DNA from: Candidatus Bathyarchaeota archaeon
GTDB lineage: Archaea; Thermoproteota; Bathyarchaeia; Bathyarchaeales; DTEX01
Reading direction: 5' to 3'
NCBI GenBank assembly: GCA_963714275.1
Contig: CAVQNT010000002.1
Span: forward strand, 224,001-288,000
Length of the DNA stretch: 64,000 nt
Made by a program: the position numbers and the translations under genes. This document shows positions 19,950 to 32,119 of this stretch, piece after piece. The notes beneath the pieces were generated by a model. The model did not search any database. It was not told where the DNA came from and saw nothing but the letters and a program-made list of their open reading frames with translations. Every line of letters starts with the position of its first letter. Position 1 is the first letter of the stretch.

Positions 19950-20441
19950 ATGTTTAAAACAAAGGAAATCGATGGAGTAATTGTTTTTTATATAGAGACT
20001 CCATGTTCGGAGACGGTTTGTCCACACTGTAAAGGTGGAAAGTTACGTTTGTATGGAAGCAGAATTCTCCACTGTTCTTTATGTGGGAGTATTTATCAAA
20101 AGTCTTCATCGGATGCTTTGATAAGATTGAATGTTAATCCTGCAAGCAATCTTTCAGAATACCCCGAGGTAATACTCTACTTCGATTTCCGCTACTGTGA
20201 TTGTAGTGTGCAAGCCTACATAGAGACAGGTATGTTAAATGGTGGCGTCTTTGGCTCAAGATATTGTCCTAAACACAATGTCATTATAATAGAAGGTTTC
20301 TGGGAACCAGATGAACTTGCGTCAATTGCCCAGATAACAATTGAGATAATAAACCATGAGACGCTCCACTGGATATTGTGCAGAGACTTTGACGAATCGA
20401 CTTCTTTGTGGTTTGACGAGGTTAAGGAAGTTCCGCTTTAA
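19950..20441 (+). CDS. Zn-ribbon protein with HExxH motif
   Basis: CPHC...CSLC; INHETLHW. Confidence 0.55.
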   Translation: MFKTKEIDGVIVFYIETPCSETVCPHCKGGKLRLYGSRILHCSLCGSIYQKSSSDALIRLNVNPASNLSEYPEVILYFDFRYCDCSVQAYIETGMLNGGVFGSRYCPKHNVIIIEGFWEPDELASIAQITIEIINHETLHWILCRDFDESTSLWFDEVKEVPL

Positions 20442-20457
20442 GGAGCAAGCGCGCGCT

Positions 20458-20866
20458 AGACATTATGTTGAGACTATGGCGGTTATGGCTCAGTACAACC
20501 CCTTCTTTGAGAAAGCAGGGATGAAGAGAATCGCTGAAAGGAAACCTGATAAATCGATCATTCAGGCAATAAAAAGCCTTGAGGGATCTTGGTTTCATGT
20601 CTTACCTTTTAAGCAGTCAACAAGCGAACATCAATAAGCTCGAGACACTGAATGAAGTTGAGCTTCGAAAGGTCCACGAGATTTTGTTGAAAATCAGTAC
20701 TGCGTATTATAAGAGATTACGGTCTACAAGTGATATTTTTCTCAAAAAAGAAGAGTTTAGAAAATGGCTACAAACAGCCCCAAATGACACTCTTGCCAAG
20801 GTCCTCACAAGACTAGCAGTCCTCGCAGAGACAAAAATCTACCTATTCTGTGAGAAAAAAACTTAG
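20458..20866 (+). pseudogene. 3' fragment of the ABC-ATPase/GNAT gene (paralogue of 61943-63376)
   Basis: RHYVETMAVMAQYNPFFEKAGMKRIAERK...YLLSSQQANINKL...YYKRLRSTS...LAETKIYLF closely matches the C-terminus of the intact copy. Confidence 0.88.
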
Positions 20867-21071
20867 ATATAAATCAAAAAGGATGTAGTGAAACTATAAA
20901 AAAGTAGCATTTTACAGAACATGATTTTTAATAATGCCATTACTGCTAATCCAAGGTTCTGTAAACTCTTTGTTTGGTTATTTCCCTTGTAAACTTTCAT
21001 TTGGTAACTAACAACGAGCCCATGTAATAATCGGTTGAAAATTCTGGACACAGTTCGATTGATGAAATTGA

Positions 21072-21677
21072 TTAACCTGCGAAATAGAAGAATAAGTGGT
21101 AGATAGTTATATCTTCATTTCCAATTCTAGTGTGAACTGATAGGGTACAATTATTGATCTCTGTAACATCTTGGATTTTTTTACAAGATGTCTTGAGTAT
21201 TCCTTGCCTTACGTTTTCGATTATACTCCGAAAATCACCGTTTTGAATGTAACCTAACATTCCTGCGTGCTTATCACGTCTTGAATACTTTCCTGAGAGG
21301 ATTCTGCCAATACCATCATCATTGCTCAAATATTCTGATGTTGACCACTTCTGTTTTGCGTATATTCGTTTGGCCTCAATGTGCAAAAATAATCTGTGAC
21401 CTAAATTGAATTTTATGTCTGGTTCATACTTTTCATCGATGGCAACTTGCTCTTTAGGTCTTAATATGATGTCTATAGACCTTCTCTGATATAATGCTGA
21501 GATGGAAGTTTGGGTTTTCAAATACCAGACCAATTGTTCGGTTATGGCGTTCTCTTCATAGTTAACTGCATTATCATCCTTTTTCACTATCTCATATGAT
21601 TCAGCCAGGGGTTTCAATACTAAATCAAGAATTGCTCCCTCTGTGTCAAATTTATACATCCAGCTTGGCAGAGGCAT
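21072..21677 (-). CDS. PD-(D/E)xK nuclease-like protein downstream of the MTase
   Basis: EPDIKF...HIEAKR; AGMLGYI. Confidence 0.6.
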   Translation of the reverse strand: MPLPSWMYKFDTEGAILDLVLKPLAESYEIVKKDDNAVNYEENAITEQLVWYLKTQTSISALYQRRSIDIILRPKEQVAIDEKYEPDIKFNLGHRLFLHIEAKRIYAKQKWSTSEYLSNDDGIGRILSGKYSRRDKHAGMLGYIQNGDFRSIIENVRQGILKTSCKKIQDVTEINNCTLSVHTRIGNEDITIYHLFFYFAG

Positions 21678-21686
21678 ACCTCTACT

Positions 21687-24533
21687 TCACACCTTCTGAA
21701 GAAAGAGACCAATTTCTTCATTTGCGTCTTTAATAGCCATAAACCGAGTCCAGTCTTTTGGTCTATTGCTCTTGTAAATATATAGTCTCTCAGCATCATA
21801 GAATGTATTTTTCTCTTCTTTGAAGATTTTCGTTCTGTCATATGTTCTGACTTGGTTTTGTTCTATTATGCGTATGAACGGTTTCAGCCTTTCATCGCTC
21901 AAGACGATTTTGAACTTAGTTTTAGAAATCGTGAACTCAACCATTGTTCCAAAAAAATCAGAAACGTAAAATGCTGCATTGATGTGAAGCTCATCTTTTA
22001 AAAACGGATGAAAAGTCTCGCTGAACTCTTTACAATACTCGGAAATTTCATCATCCGTAACAATACCCTCACGTTTATCTTCAGTTTTCTCATAATGGTT
22101 AATTTGCTGCATAGCATAGTAGTCAAGACCATAAAGCTTGCATACCAAACTATCTATTTCGCCATGCAAGCCTTTGAAATCAAACGATTTAGAGTCTATA
22201 ACCCTCACTTTGTCAACTATAGCTTTGACGATTTCAGTTTTATTTTCCAAATCAGGAATAGGAAAGGATTTCAAGTGCTTTAGATTCACTTTGGGATAGT
22301 TGCCTTCTTTTCTTTGCCTGTGTTTTACGCCAAGGTAAAAACGAGCTAGTTTTGAGTTTAATATAGCCTCAAAAAGGACAAGATACTCCTTTGGATAGTC
22401 TGGTCTCAGTTTAAAAATACAAAACCTTCCATCATACAGTGTAATGTTGTGATCAAGAAAGGCTTTGATTGGCCAGCTTCGTGTCATCACCAGCTTTTCA
22501 CCCTTGAATAAATCAAGGTTTCTTGGCCTATCCAAATGCGAACCGTATTGCAAATAAGCATCTTTTTCCTTACCAAAGTAAGGTTGTACATTATTGAGAG
22601 AATCAATTATAGGCCAATGGGCAGGACTGATTTGTAATGAACTCCTATACTTCTCATTGAATTGCCGTTCTGAGAGCCCTTTGCGACTTGACCACTCCAT
22701 TAGACCCACTTCAAATCTCTGCTTGAAATGGTTAAGATTGTGAGTGCTACTGTCAATGAAGTCTATCAGGTCAACGTAGGCATCATACCCCAATGAATAA
22801 ATGTGCCAAAGATTGTCTTCTTTCTTCAATTTTTCAATGGAGAGTCTTGACTTATTATCATCATTTATGATTTTAGTCAGATTGGAAAAGGGAGTCAAAT
22901 CAGGTATGATAAACTCCACTTCATCATTAGGCATACGATCAAAGATTACTATGCAGGCAGGTTCACTTTGGGATCCAAAAGTAACGTCTTTTATCCGTGA
23001 TAGGCTTACAAAGACTCTCAAAGAATTTGCACTTGTAAACATGTCTCGAAATCTCCTCGATTCTGAATTTATGAAGTTTGACAGATTCACAACCATTCCG
23101 CATATCGTTTCTTTTTTGGTCCATTTCTGCAGGCTTAGCAAGAAACATTGTGAACTTTGAAACTTCGAAACACTAGGCCAGCACCTCTTTATACGTAGCT
23201 TATCTTTTTCTGAGAAGTCATAACCCCAAGGTGGGTTTCCTAATATGAAGTCGAATTGTTTGCCCTTAAAAATGTCATCGAAGAGAGAATCTCCACAGAC
23301 AAGATTCCCATTCTTCTTCAGACCTGGAAACATAAAATGCTCTTCGCTGTTGCTGAAAAGTTTCTCGTTAATGTCTTCTGGTGTTTCATCCTCGATTATT
23401 TTCAAATAAAGACTTAGAGCAGCAATCCTCAACGCATCGTTGTTCTTGTCAATTCCATAAAGGTAATTTTGTACCATCTTGGCTTTTTCTTCCAAGGTTA
23501 GCTTTGTTTGTTTTTGCTCTTGCTTAATTCCTATAAGGTATTCAAAAAACTTGACAAGGAAAACTCCTGATCCGCAAGCAGGGTCTAATGCACTCAAGTA
23601 TTCATTCTCTAGGATAGCAGTGACCCTCTTCTCTTCTAGCATTTTGCTTATGGTATAATCAACAACGTTTTCGGGGGTGAAAACGATTCCTTCGCTTTTC
23701 CTTCTCTTTTCTGCGAGGAATGTTTCATAGATATTGCTGATCAATATTATAGGGATTTTTTTGAAGTTGTATGGGATTAAGGTGGTTTGGAGATTTTGAG
23801 GGTATGTATAGACTTTTCCAAAAACAAAATCTAACTCCCTCATTATTTTGGCATTAATATCTTTAGGTATATCTCCTTTTTCAAAGATGTCCCCATTTAG
23901 GCTGTCAGTATAAAAGTCAAATAGTTGAATCAAGTCTTCGATTTTCTTATGCGGGTTACTAAGTGTCTCTTTGAGACTATCTCGACCTGCTCTATCTTCA
24001 AGGAATCTAATGAACAGGCATCTATCCATTATTTTTTGAGTGAATCTTTCTTGTCATTCCTTTCACTTAGTAATTGAATTATTCTGTTTCTGCGAATCTT
24101 TTAGGTTTTCCAGCAGGTCTTTATCTACTGTTTTGCGTGTTCTTGTTTTTAGAAGGTCTCTTATTTCCTTCAGACATTGTCCTGTGTCGATGTTTTCTTT
24201 TTTAAACAGATCCATGTATCGTTGTGCTTTGGGAGAATTGTCTCCATATGTGAAAGAAACTATTGATGCATTTTCGATTGGTCTTCTACTGTCAGGTTTT
24301 GTCTTTGAGTCGCAAACATGAAAGGTGTCTTCTCCAATTAATGCAATGAAAAATTCGGTTCTGTTCTCACACCACGTGTCGGTATGCATTTCAAAGAATT
24401 TCATGAGATTGGCATCGCATAGAGAAATGAAGTCTATAGAACCTAACTCATAGGTATACCTAAACCGATTGTCTTCTATTCTTTTGGCAGCATTATCCAA
24501 ATTCGAATCTTTTAGAAATTGCTCAAGCAGCAC
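21687..24533 (-). CDS. N6-adenine DNA methyltransferase, type IIG/Eco57I-like, with TaqI-C-like TRD (one indel near 24040)
   Basis: GIVFTPENVV, LDPACGSGVFL, GNPPW, ILNSKL, PIPD. Confidence 0.88.
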
Positions 24534-24755
24534 TCATTTGCTACCTTCTGTCTCTTTCTTCTTGAGCCTCGTCTCTTCTTTGATTGTTTCTTCCTTTTCA
24601 GCGATCAAACGTCCGTTCGTGACCTTAAGTGCTAATTCTTGCTCCCCTTTCCATCCGAGTCTGTTTATTGCATCGTCTGGAATCACGATTACATGCTTGT
24701 AATGTTTTTTGTCCTTATACTTATAAGCCAACTGGTTCTGCAATTTGGCTTTCAT
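24534..24755 (-). CDS. AbrB/MazE-like DNA-binding protein
   Basis: VIVIPDDAINRLGWKGEQEL...NGRLI. Confidence 0.75.
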   Translation of the reverse strand: MKAKLQNQLAYKYKDKKHYKHVIVIPDDAINRLGWKGEQELALKVTNGRLIAEKEETIKEETRLKKKETEGSK

Positions 24756-24922
24756 TTAATCTCTCCTTCTTTTTGATTCTCAAAAAGGTAAGTTATCGCA
24801 TCGTTCGGTATCTGGTGTTTTTGTCTTTTTCTTTGAAGTTCGCCAGCTAATGAGGTTAAACGTCGATGGTTCTCTTCAGTAACCTTGACGGTAACTTTTG
24901 CTACATTTTCTCCTTTAGGCAA
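24752..24922 (-). CDS. Small RHH-like regulator (56 aa)
   Basis: Manual translation MPKGENVAKVTVKVTEENHRRLTSLAGELQRKRQKHQIPNDAITYLFENQKEGEIK. Its stop overlaps the AbrB ATG (ATGA). Confidence 0.6.
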   Translation of the reverse strand: MPKGENVAKVTVKVTEENHRRLTSLAGELQRKRQKHQIPNDAITYLFENQKEGEIK

Positions 24923-25380
24923 TTATACTACCTTTTCTCCTTTGTGTATATGGTACCACGTACTACTTAACATTTGCCAGCTGAGCTACACAGCCAGAAT
25001 CCAAGACGTTATTGTTCTTTATCTGTTGATAAATTCATCCGCAATTTTATTAATTTCGGAAATACTTTTTTTTATATTCTTCCCATGATCTATCTATATC
25101 TAATTTATCTTTAGATTGTTCTCCAGAAATAAGTCTTTGAGGAAAATATGGGAATGTGTCAATTTTTCCAAAGACATCATTTTTCAAAATATTCTCCTTT
25201 GAAAGATTAAGATATTTTCTCTCAACTCGAATTATGGATTCAGTTGGTTCATCGCTTTTCATGGTCTCTCTAATCACTTAATTTATGTTAGTAAAGATTT
25301 AACATTTCACTAAGGTAAGAAGTTAAAAAGTTTTAGAATTATTGTTTGTGTTATCTTAATTCTTATGATTTATTATTGTA

Positions 25381-26031
25381 TCAAGTACAATTTGATTCTA
25401 GAAAACAAATTAACCCTATATCAGTAAAGATTCTTTCTATAGCATTAACTCCTTCCCAAAATTTCGATATGAAATTGTCTATGTCAATAAGACTGTGGTT
25501 TGATTTTCTTCTAATTTCTCCTGAACCATTAATAGTGAACTTTAAATGTGCAATGATGTTTCTTACTTCTCGGTTGATGAATAGATTAAATAAGGAAATA
25601 CCCTCGCTCTTTAGGAATTCTATTTTATCGCTCAGATCAAGTTGTCCTAATTCTTCAAAGTTCGTGACGTGTTTTATTAAATGACCTCTCGTGTGGATCT
25701 CCCGCTTGTTGATTATCAAAAGAAATAGAACCATTTCTATTAATGTGACTCCTAGACTTTCAACAAGCCCCATATAAGCAAGCATTTTACTCATAGACTT
25801 AACTTTCTCATCATTATATGTAATTTCGGTCTTTAGATTTTTAAGAATATTAGATATATTTTGGGCTTCTTTCCATTTGTTATAAAACTCCTTACAATGA
25901 TCTAAAAAAAGTTTATGAGAAGTAGGAGTTTCTCCCCCGGGACGAGGAAATTTTACAGGCTCGAACAAAGTTCGAAGTTTAGCTTCAGCTTTTCGGTATT
26001 CCATAGATTCGTAAATTGGTTGATGACTCAT
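25381..26031 (-). CDS. HEPN-like protein
   Basis: RNIIAH (Rx4H motif) in a helical protein. Confidence 0.55.
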   Translation of the reverse strand: MSHQPIYESMEYRKAEAKLRTLFEPVKFPRPGGETPTSHKLFLDHCKEFYNKWKEAQNISNILKNLKTEITYNDEKVKSMSKMLAYMGLVESLGVTLIEMVLFLLIINKREIHTRGHLIKHVTNFEELGQLDLSDKIEFLKSEGISLFNLFINREVRNIIAHLKFTINGSGEIRRKSNHSLIDIDNFISKFWEGVNAIERIFTDIGLICFLESNCT

Positions 26032-26051
26032 ATTATATTCCTTATTTATAA

Positions 26052-27724
26052 TTAAAAACTTATTTTAAGAAGTCTTTTTATTTCTTCAATAAGCCATTTT
26101 TGCCTTTTCTTAACTTCTTTTTCCGTCCAATCAGATTCTTTAATTATTTTTTTGGTAATTTCAAAAGAAGTTATTCCATCAAAACCTTTGCCTTTATATA
26201 TTCTTCTTTTTTTCGGAAATTCATCATTACTTGCTCTAATATTTTTACTACCTGATAGTAGTGTTAGGTTTCCTATGTTATCCAGCCACAGTTCTGATTT
26301 TTCTTTTGACCATCTATTTTTCCAATAGGGAATCTTATCCCATTCTTCAGGAAGAATATGATCAGCATGAAGGTTTCTACTATACTCTATAAATACGGAT
26401 TCATCTGTTTGCCCATATTCAATTAGGATTAACAATGGTTTCAGCCAAGAATTTCTATAAGCGTCATCGTCTAGGTTCTCTTTAATCCATTTTAATACAT
26501 TATCCTCCTTTATTTTTTTAACAATTTCATCCTTTATTCTAATAAGTGAGGCTCCCTTTTTTACCAAATTTATGAGTTTAAAAGAGAAATCTCTTGTTTT
26601 TGCTGTCGTATAATTTGCAATCCAGTAAGAATAGTATAATCTTCTTAGCTCTTCGCATAATCTGTTATATTGTGGTAAATCGCTTCTCTTTGCGGCAACA
26701 AGTATGGTTTTCCAAAATACTGTGTCTGGTAGATTTCGTAAGCAATAAATTATTTTTGACTTTTGATTCAATATCTCATCATACTGCTCGGAAAATAGTT
26801 TAAATTCATGAACCACTTTTGTTGGGTCTTTCCTTTTAACTATTTTTTCCAATTCTTCGTATAATGACTTTTTGGGTTTACTCGCGAGTAAATAGTATAC
26901 ATAATATGTAAGGAGGTCGGATACTGATTCATCATTATTATCAGCAATATTTTCAATTTCTCGCCAGGATACTATGAACTGAGTGCGCCTTTTGGTTTCT
27001 TCTATCCTGCTCAATAAGGCACTCTTGGTCAAGTCAGCAAGACTTAATTCTAATCCTCGTGTGTTCAAAGTTTGGAATAACTTAATCGCAGACACTCTAT
27101 TTGAACAAGTAATAGTAACCATTACCACATTTTCTAGTATATAATGTATGAGTTCTTTTATTTGGCTAATTCCTGACTTCTTATGAAGCTTAGTCTAACC
27201 TATTCTTGAAAATTACAGCAGCATTCATAAATTTAAATTTAGGTTTCCTTTTCTCTTTCTGAGTAAGATCGTTCTTTGGAAGTATGGTTTTTTCAAGTAT
27301 TTCCTGTTCAAATGGAATTTGGTACTGAGTCTGAGTTATAAGTCTTAACCTATATTTCTTGTCAACCATACTCTTAATAGCGTTATGAATTTGGTTTGTT
27401 AGCAACTCATCTTTCCCCTTTAAAATTCTTAGGTGAAAGTCTCTTAAAACACAAAAAAGAATTGTCAATGAAGTAAGTCTTTGTTGCCCATCGATTACTT
27501 CAAGATTTCCATCTTCAGTCTGAGCTAATATTAAAGGTCCCAAAAAATAATACAGATCCTTACTCTCAAAAGACTGAATAAATATCTTCCCACAATTGTC
27601 CAATTTCATCATCTCCCCAATTATAAGGTCTCTGATAATCAGGTATTTGGTAATAATTTGTGCCATCAAAAATAGCTCTTACTGTCTTTGTATCAGGTTT
27701 AAAATCACCCAGTGTTTTACTCAT
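26052..27724 (-). CDS. GmrSD-family DUF262 + DUF1524 (HNH) restriction protein, frameshifted
   Basis: IPDYQRPYNW, VIDGQQRLT, FQTLNTRG, DHILP, IGNLTLL, N..ASN. Confidence 0.88.
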
Positions 27725-27942
27725 AAATTACACCCTCTCTTGAGCTTCCTTATCCACTTAGTTCTACAATTACTGATTGGTTTATCATGGATTTTATGAT
27801 GTCTTGGTATGTTTGTATTTTACTTGTTATAGATATGATAATCATTCGATATAGCCCCATAAAAAAGGAACACTTGCACCTATTAATAAATTATGAACGA
27901 TAGAAATCCAGATATCAGGTTATTATATAAAATTCAGACGTA

Positions 27943-28090
27943 ATGGAAGAACATCAAAAACAGCAATTGTAAAGCTTGACCCTATTTCGAAAATCAAGAC
28001 AGTGGTCTTGAACATCCCAGATATTTATTTTAAAGACCAACCTGAGCTTAGGATGCTCCTAAAACAGAAACTTGACCCCGTATTTCATTA
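27943..28090 (+). pseudogene. 3' fragment of the LMW phosphatase paralogue at 33714-34043
   Basis: MEEHQK/AIVKLDPISKIKTVVLNIPDIYFKDQPELRMLLKQKLDP versus MEELHKKVIVKRDP...DIYYRDQPELKTILKQKLDP. Confidence 0.75.
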
Positions 28091-29708
28091 AGTTAAACTG
28101 CATTTCTTACATATTTTTGTTTTCCGAATGAAACCAGTGGTAATAACGCAATTTGGGCATACAAATGTTCCACATTTGTCGCAAGTCACACCATGGTCCT
28201 TGCCATATTGAGTGTTGCATATGGGGCATGTGACTATACATAGATTACAAATAGCGGAGTTGCAGAAGGGGCATGTTTGAGTTATGTGTTCTTTACAGAA
28301 TCGGGTTTGGCACGAGCTGCATTCTACTCCGTGTTCTTCACATAGCCATTTGCCACATGTAGGACATCGTTTTACATGTTCTTCGCATAAACTTTGTCCG
28401 CAGATTTCGCATACAGCGACTGTTTTCTTGGAGGTGATTGTTAAAGCTGCCAATTTATAATGTTTGGGACAATTGCTTAATGTATCCTCTAGTATCGTAC
28501 CTGAACATGCCAGTATCTCTTTTGCATAAGTCTGTTCCAAAAGAGTCAAAATCAACTGACCATCTTGGGACGACAACGATGTCTCTCAGATTTATTCTAA
28601 TATCGGCTCTCTTTGGGATATATTTTATTGCCCTTATCTCTGGAAGTATATATTCTCCCTTGGTCTTTGGATAATAGGTAATTGTTTGGGTATTTTTTTC
28701 TATGATAAAATCATAGCCCATCCTTTCCGCTTGTCCAGGTGTGACAACGGGTTTTACCTTGTTGACTTGGTAATCATTTTCTTTGCTATGAATATATTTT
28801 CTTCTCTGATCATAACTTCTTAATTCTTGAAGTAATTTCTTGTTTCTTTGATTTTCAGCACGTACCCTTTTAGAAGTGACAAGTTTAATAGTTTTTTCAA
28901 GTACACCTACACCTTTAGATGGCATGGGATTTATAATGCTACCATCTAATGCATCAATAAATAAAGTTTCTCTATCATCAAACCTATGCAATTTTTTTGT
29001 AGGATCTTTGAATTGAGCCTTAAAAGTATATTCAATTATAAAATAGGGGTGACAAATAAGTTCAACATTGCTTATTTGTATCTTGTCTTTATTTTGTAGA
29101 TCCATAAATGTCGCATGATTAAAATCAATATTCAATGGCAAAGCATATTCTAAAGTAAACGATTGCCCTATTCGACTTTCATCACGCCCCACGGAAAGTG
29201 TAAGCCATTTTTCTGAGATTTCATCCCGTTCCCACGTTTCTATTTTATTATGTTGTGCAAATTGAGACGCCTCGCTTGTAAACCCACTGATAGAAACAAA
29301 AATTCCGTTCCATCTAAGGTCTAAATCTTGCAGCTTCTGAGAGAAATCCCTAACCTTATCAATACCAACTGGATCTGAATAATTTTTACACTCAACAGCA
29401 ATTATTCTACCAGACTTCTTTGCAATGATATCAATTTCACTTTTAGTCCCACTCTTCCCTTCTAATCTCCTTCTTCTTTCTGTCTCAAAGCCTCTTGCTT
29501 GAAAAATTTTCTCAACCACTTCTTCAAGCCTATTTCCAAGTTCATAAATACTTGTTGTCAGCTCTTCCTCTTCTTCATGAGGTACCTTTTCTTCAATGGT
29601 TGCTTCTTCTAAAATGGTTGGTACTTGAAGAGCATATCCGCACTCAGAGCAGAATTTAACGTCTGTAATTGCTAATTTTACGCCACAATTAGGACAATAC
29701 TTGGGCAA
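28088..29708 (-). CDS. Mrr-like restriction endonuclease with N-terminal Zn ribbon and C-terminal multi-Cys domain (one indel)
   Basis: CPNCG..CSECG; SEIDIIA...VECKNY...GFTSEA; 28088-28576 consists of CxxC repeats. Confidence 0.75.
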
Positions 29709-29859
29709 TTGTTTCCCCTAAATCATTCATATCAATAGAAATAAAAGATTTATGAACAATCACACATTTTTACTAAAGAAAGAATTATGAAGATACCTCT
29801 CTCCCTTTGTTATCACAAACTGCTTCATTGTCATTAGAAACTGCTACATTAGTTTCTCG

Positions 29860-30187
29860 ACTTCCTTTTCCGAGACCAAATAGACATTAATATTTAGTTT
29901 TCCTATAGAATGTTCAATTGCCTTCACATAACGCCTATAGTTAGGTGTTAAGACTAATGCGTATTCTTTTGTATCATCCTTCATATACCGCATGAGCTGC
30001 CAATTGCAGTTCCTAAATTCACATCTAGTGCAGTCGTGTCTCCTTTAATTTCAATAATTAATTCTTTTCCAGATTTCTTAGCAATTACATCTGGACCCCG
30101 TTTCTTTCCTGGGTGCGTTTCAACTATCTGGTATCCTCTGTTAGTGAGATAGGCAACTATTCTTCCTAGCATTTCACTTTCTTTCAA
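29860..30187 (-). pseudogene. Small PD-(D/E)xK endonuclease, frameshifted
   Basis: GPDVIAKKSGKELIIEIKG...LGTAIG, continuing in another frame. Confidence 0.5.
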
Positions 30188-30440
30188 TCTTGACCCTTCT
30201 TGCTGTGGTGTCTAGCATAAATCTCTAAGATTTCTTTTTTGAATTTTTGTAAACCATAATCCGAAAGAGTAGTCTTAAATTTAGCACCTTTCTCAGCACA
30301 GACTATAGTTAGATTGGTTGTTATCTTTGCGTTACCACAAGGAAAAATGTCCAGCTTGATTTGTATAGTCTTTTCCGATATCTTAATCATGCCTGTACCT
30401 CCCTATAATTAGCTAAACATTAATTAACCTATTATATGAA

Positions 30441-31354
30441 TTGGAATATTTAGGAATGGTTTTTTTGAGAATTCCAGTTCTGTGTTTTCCTTGGACTTGC
30501 TGGAAATGTCATGAGGAGATGAGGGTTACATATCCTTGCTCTGAAGATGTCTACAAAACAGAACTTAGAGGTAACCTTGCACCAACATATAGTATGACTC
30601 AAAGATCAGACGTAATCGGAAATATATGTCCGCATTGTAGGGCTTACCAAGGCAACTTCTTTGTATGGGACGATTGTATTATTGGACATGCTTACGATTT
30701 AAAGAACTACATTGTTGGTTATCTTGATGTCAAAGTTAATTGCTTGATTTGCAAAAAAACGATTGATAGGGCTTCTATAAAAGAAGACTGGGACTTACTA
30801 AGCTTTTACGAGGACTACTACAATATCCAAAACTTACCTCCAAAGAATAAGGAAGAATCATATGAAGCAAGAATTGAAGTCTTAGATCCTGATTGGCTCT
30901 GCGATTCGTGCCTAAGAATCGAATCCGAAAAAGAAGAAAAATCCAAAAAGAAGAAGACCGTCAAATTGAAGAAGACAGAATCCGCCGAATAAGAAAGGGA
31001 CCATTAATCTTATGCCCTATATGTAAAAAGAATACCAGAGAGAATCCTGAAATGATCTTTGTAGATCACCATGTATCATATTCTCCAGAGGAAAAATTAA
31101 TGGTTTGTTCAAGTTGTCACATGAAAATACATCACAGCAATTCTTACCCCAATTTTAAGCCAATAGATGAAAGAGTTACTGAGGAACAAAAGAAAAAGCG
31201 TGAGAGACGAAAAAATATTCGGTTAATAAGAGAGGGAAAGTTGTCAATTGATGAATATTGCTACATGTGCGGAGAAAAATTTGAGAAAGACAAGGCTTTT
31301 ACTTTTGTAAATGGAACGAAAGTCCATACTGATTGCTTATGGCAGACAGTATAA
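30441..31354 (+). CDS. Multi-Zn-finger protein with HNH-like motif (one indel)
   Basis: Several CxxC pairs; VDHHVSY...VCSSCHMKIH. Confidence 0.55.
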
Positions 31355-31560
31355 TTAATTATTCAAAAAGTTTGAACAGTGGAATGCGCTCGAAAAATCA
31401 ATAAACAAAATATTGCCCCTAAAGGATAGCAAAATCAGAACATACAAACTCATAAACACAGATGATCTAGGCCAACTTGCGTCTTTTACATGAACAGTTT
31501 GCACTGATTAAAAAATATTAAAAGAATTAGATATTTTGTTTAGTTTTAGACTGACACCCT

Positions 31561-31830
31561 CTATTTAATTTCGATGAGTTGCATGGCTTCGTGGAAGTAG
31601 TTGAGCACGTTCATGCCTTTGTCTGTGATCTTGTAAGTTATGTGGCTACCTAACTCTTCGGAAGTAATCAGCTTTTGCTCCATCATTGTATCGAGAACAT
31701 GCTTAAGAGGTTTCCAGGAAAGGTTAGTCCGATACATGATTCGTGTAGGCTTGTTGACGCCTTTCTTTATTGCCTGTAAGATGTCGAGGTAAATTTCAAT
31801 CCGTGAACGTTTAGTACTCACATTAAACAC
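31561..31830 (-). CDS. Winged-HTH regulator (ArnR1/HTH_45-like)
   Basis: KRSRIEIYLDIL...PTRIMYRTNLSW...YKITDKG. Confidence 0.85.
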   Translation of the reverse strand: MFNVSTKRSRIEIYLDILQAIKKGVNKPTRIMYRTNLSWKPLKHVLDTMMEQKLITSEELGSHITYKITDKGMNVLNYFHEAMQLIEIK

Positions 31831-32054
31831 CTATTAGCTCACTAGTTTTTTCTTATTGAGTTTTAACCGAGAAACACATGTAGTACCATTTAACATTAAG
31901 ATTATGAACCAAAGGGACAGACGTTGAATATTTCTTAAGGGTCGCTAACAATGTGAAACTAGTTAATTACACCTTTACATAACACAAAAAATTATTTAAA
32001 CTGAAAATATAATAGCAAAAAATTTATTGCAAGAAAAATATAAATGATAACTCA

Positions 32055-32119
32055 CTGGGAGACCCAAACCTACCTAAATATTGCTCCTTATCACCTCCTT
32101 GGCAGCTTGGGCTTCCCGG
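32055..32119. ncRNA. Candidate structured small RNA, a hairpin carrying an anti-SD/SD sequence
   Basis: 13-bp stem CTGGGAGACCCAA/TTGGGCTTCCCGG enclosing ATCACCTCCT; GC-rich patch in an AT-rich intergenic region. Confidence 0.35.
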
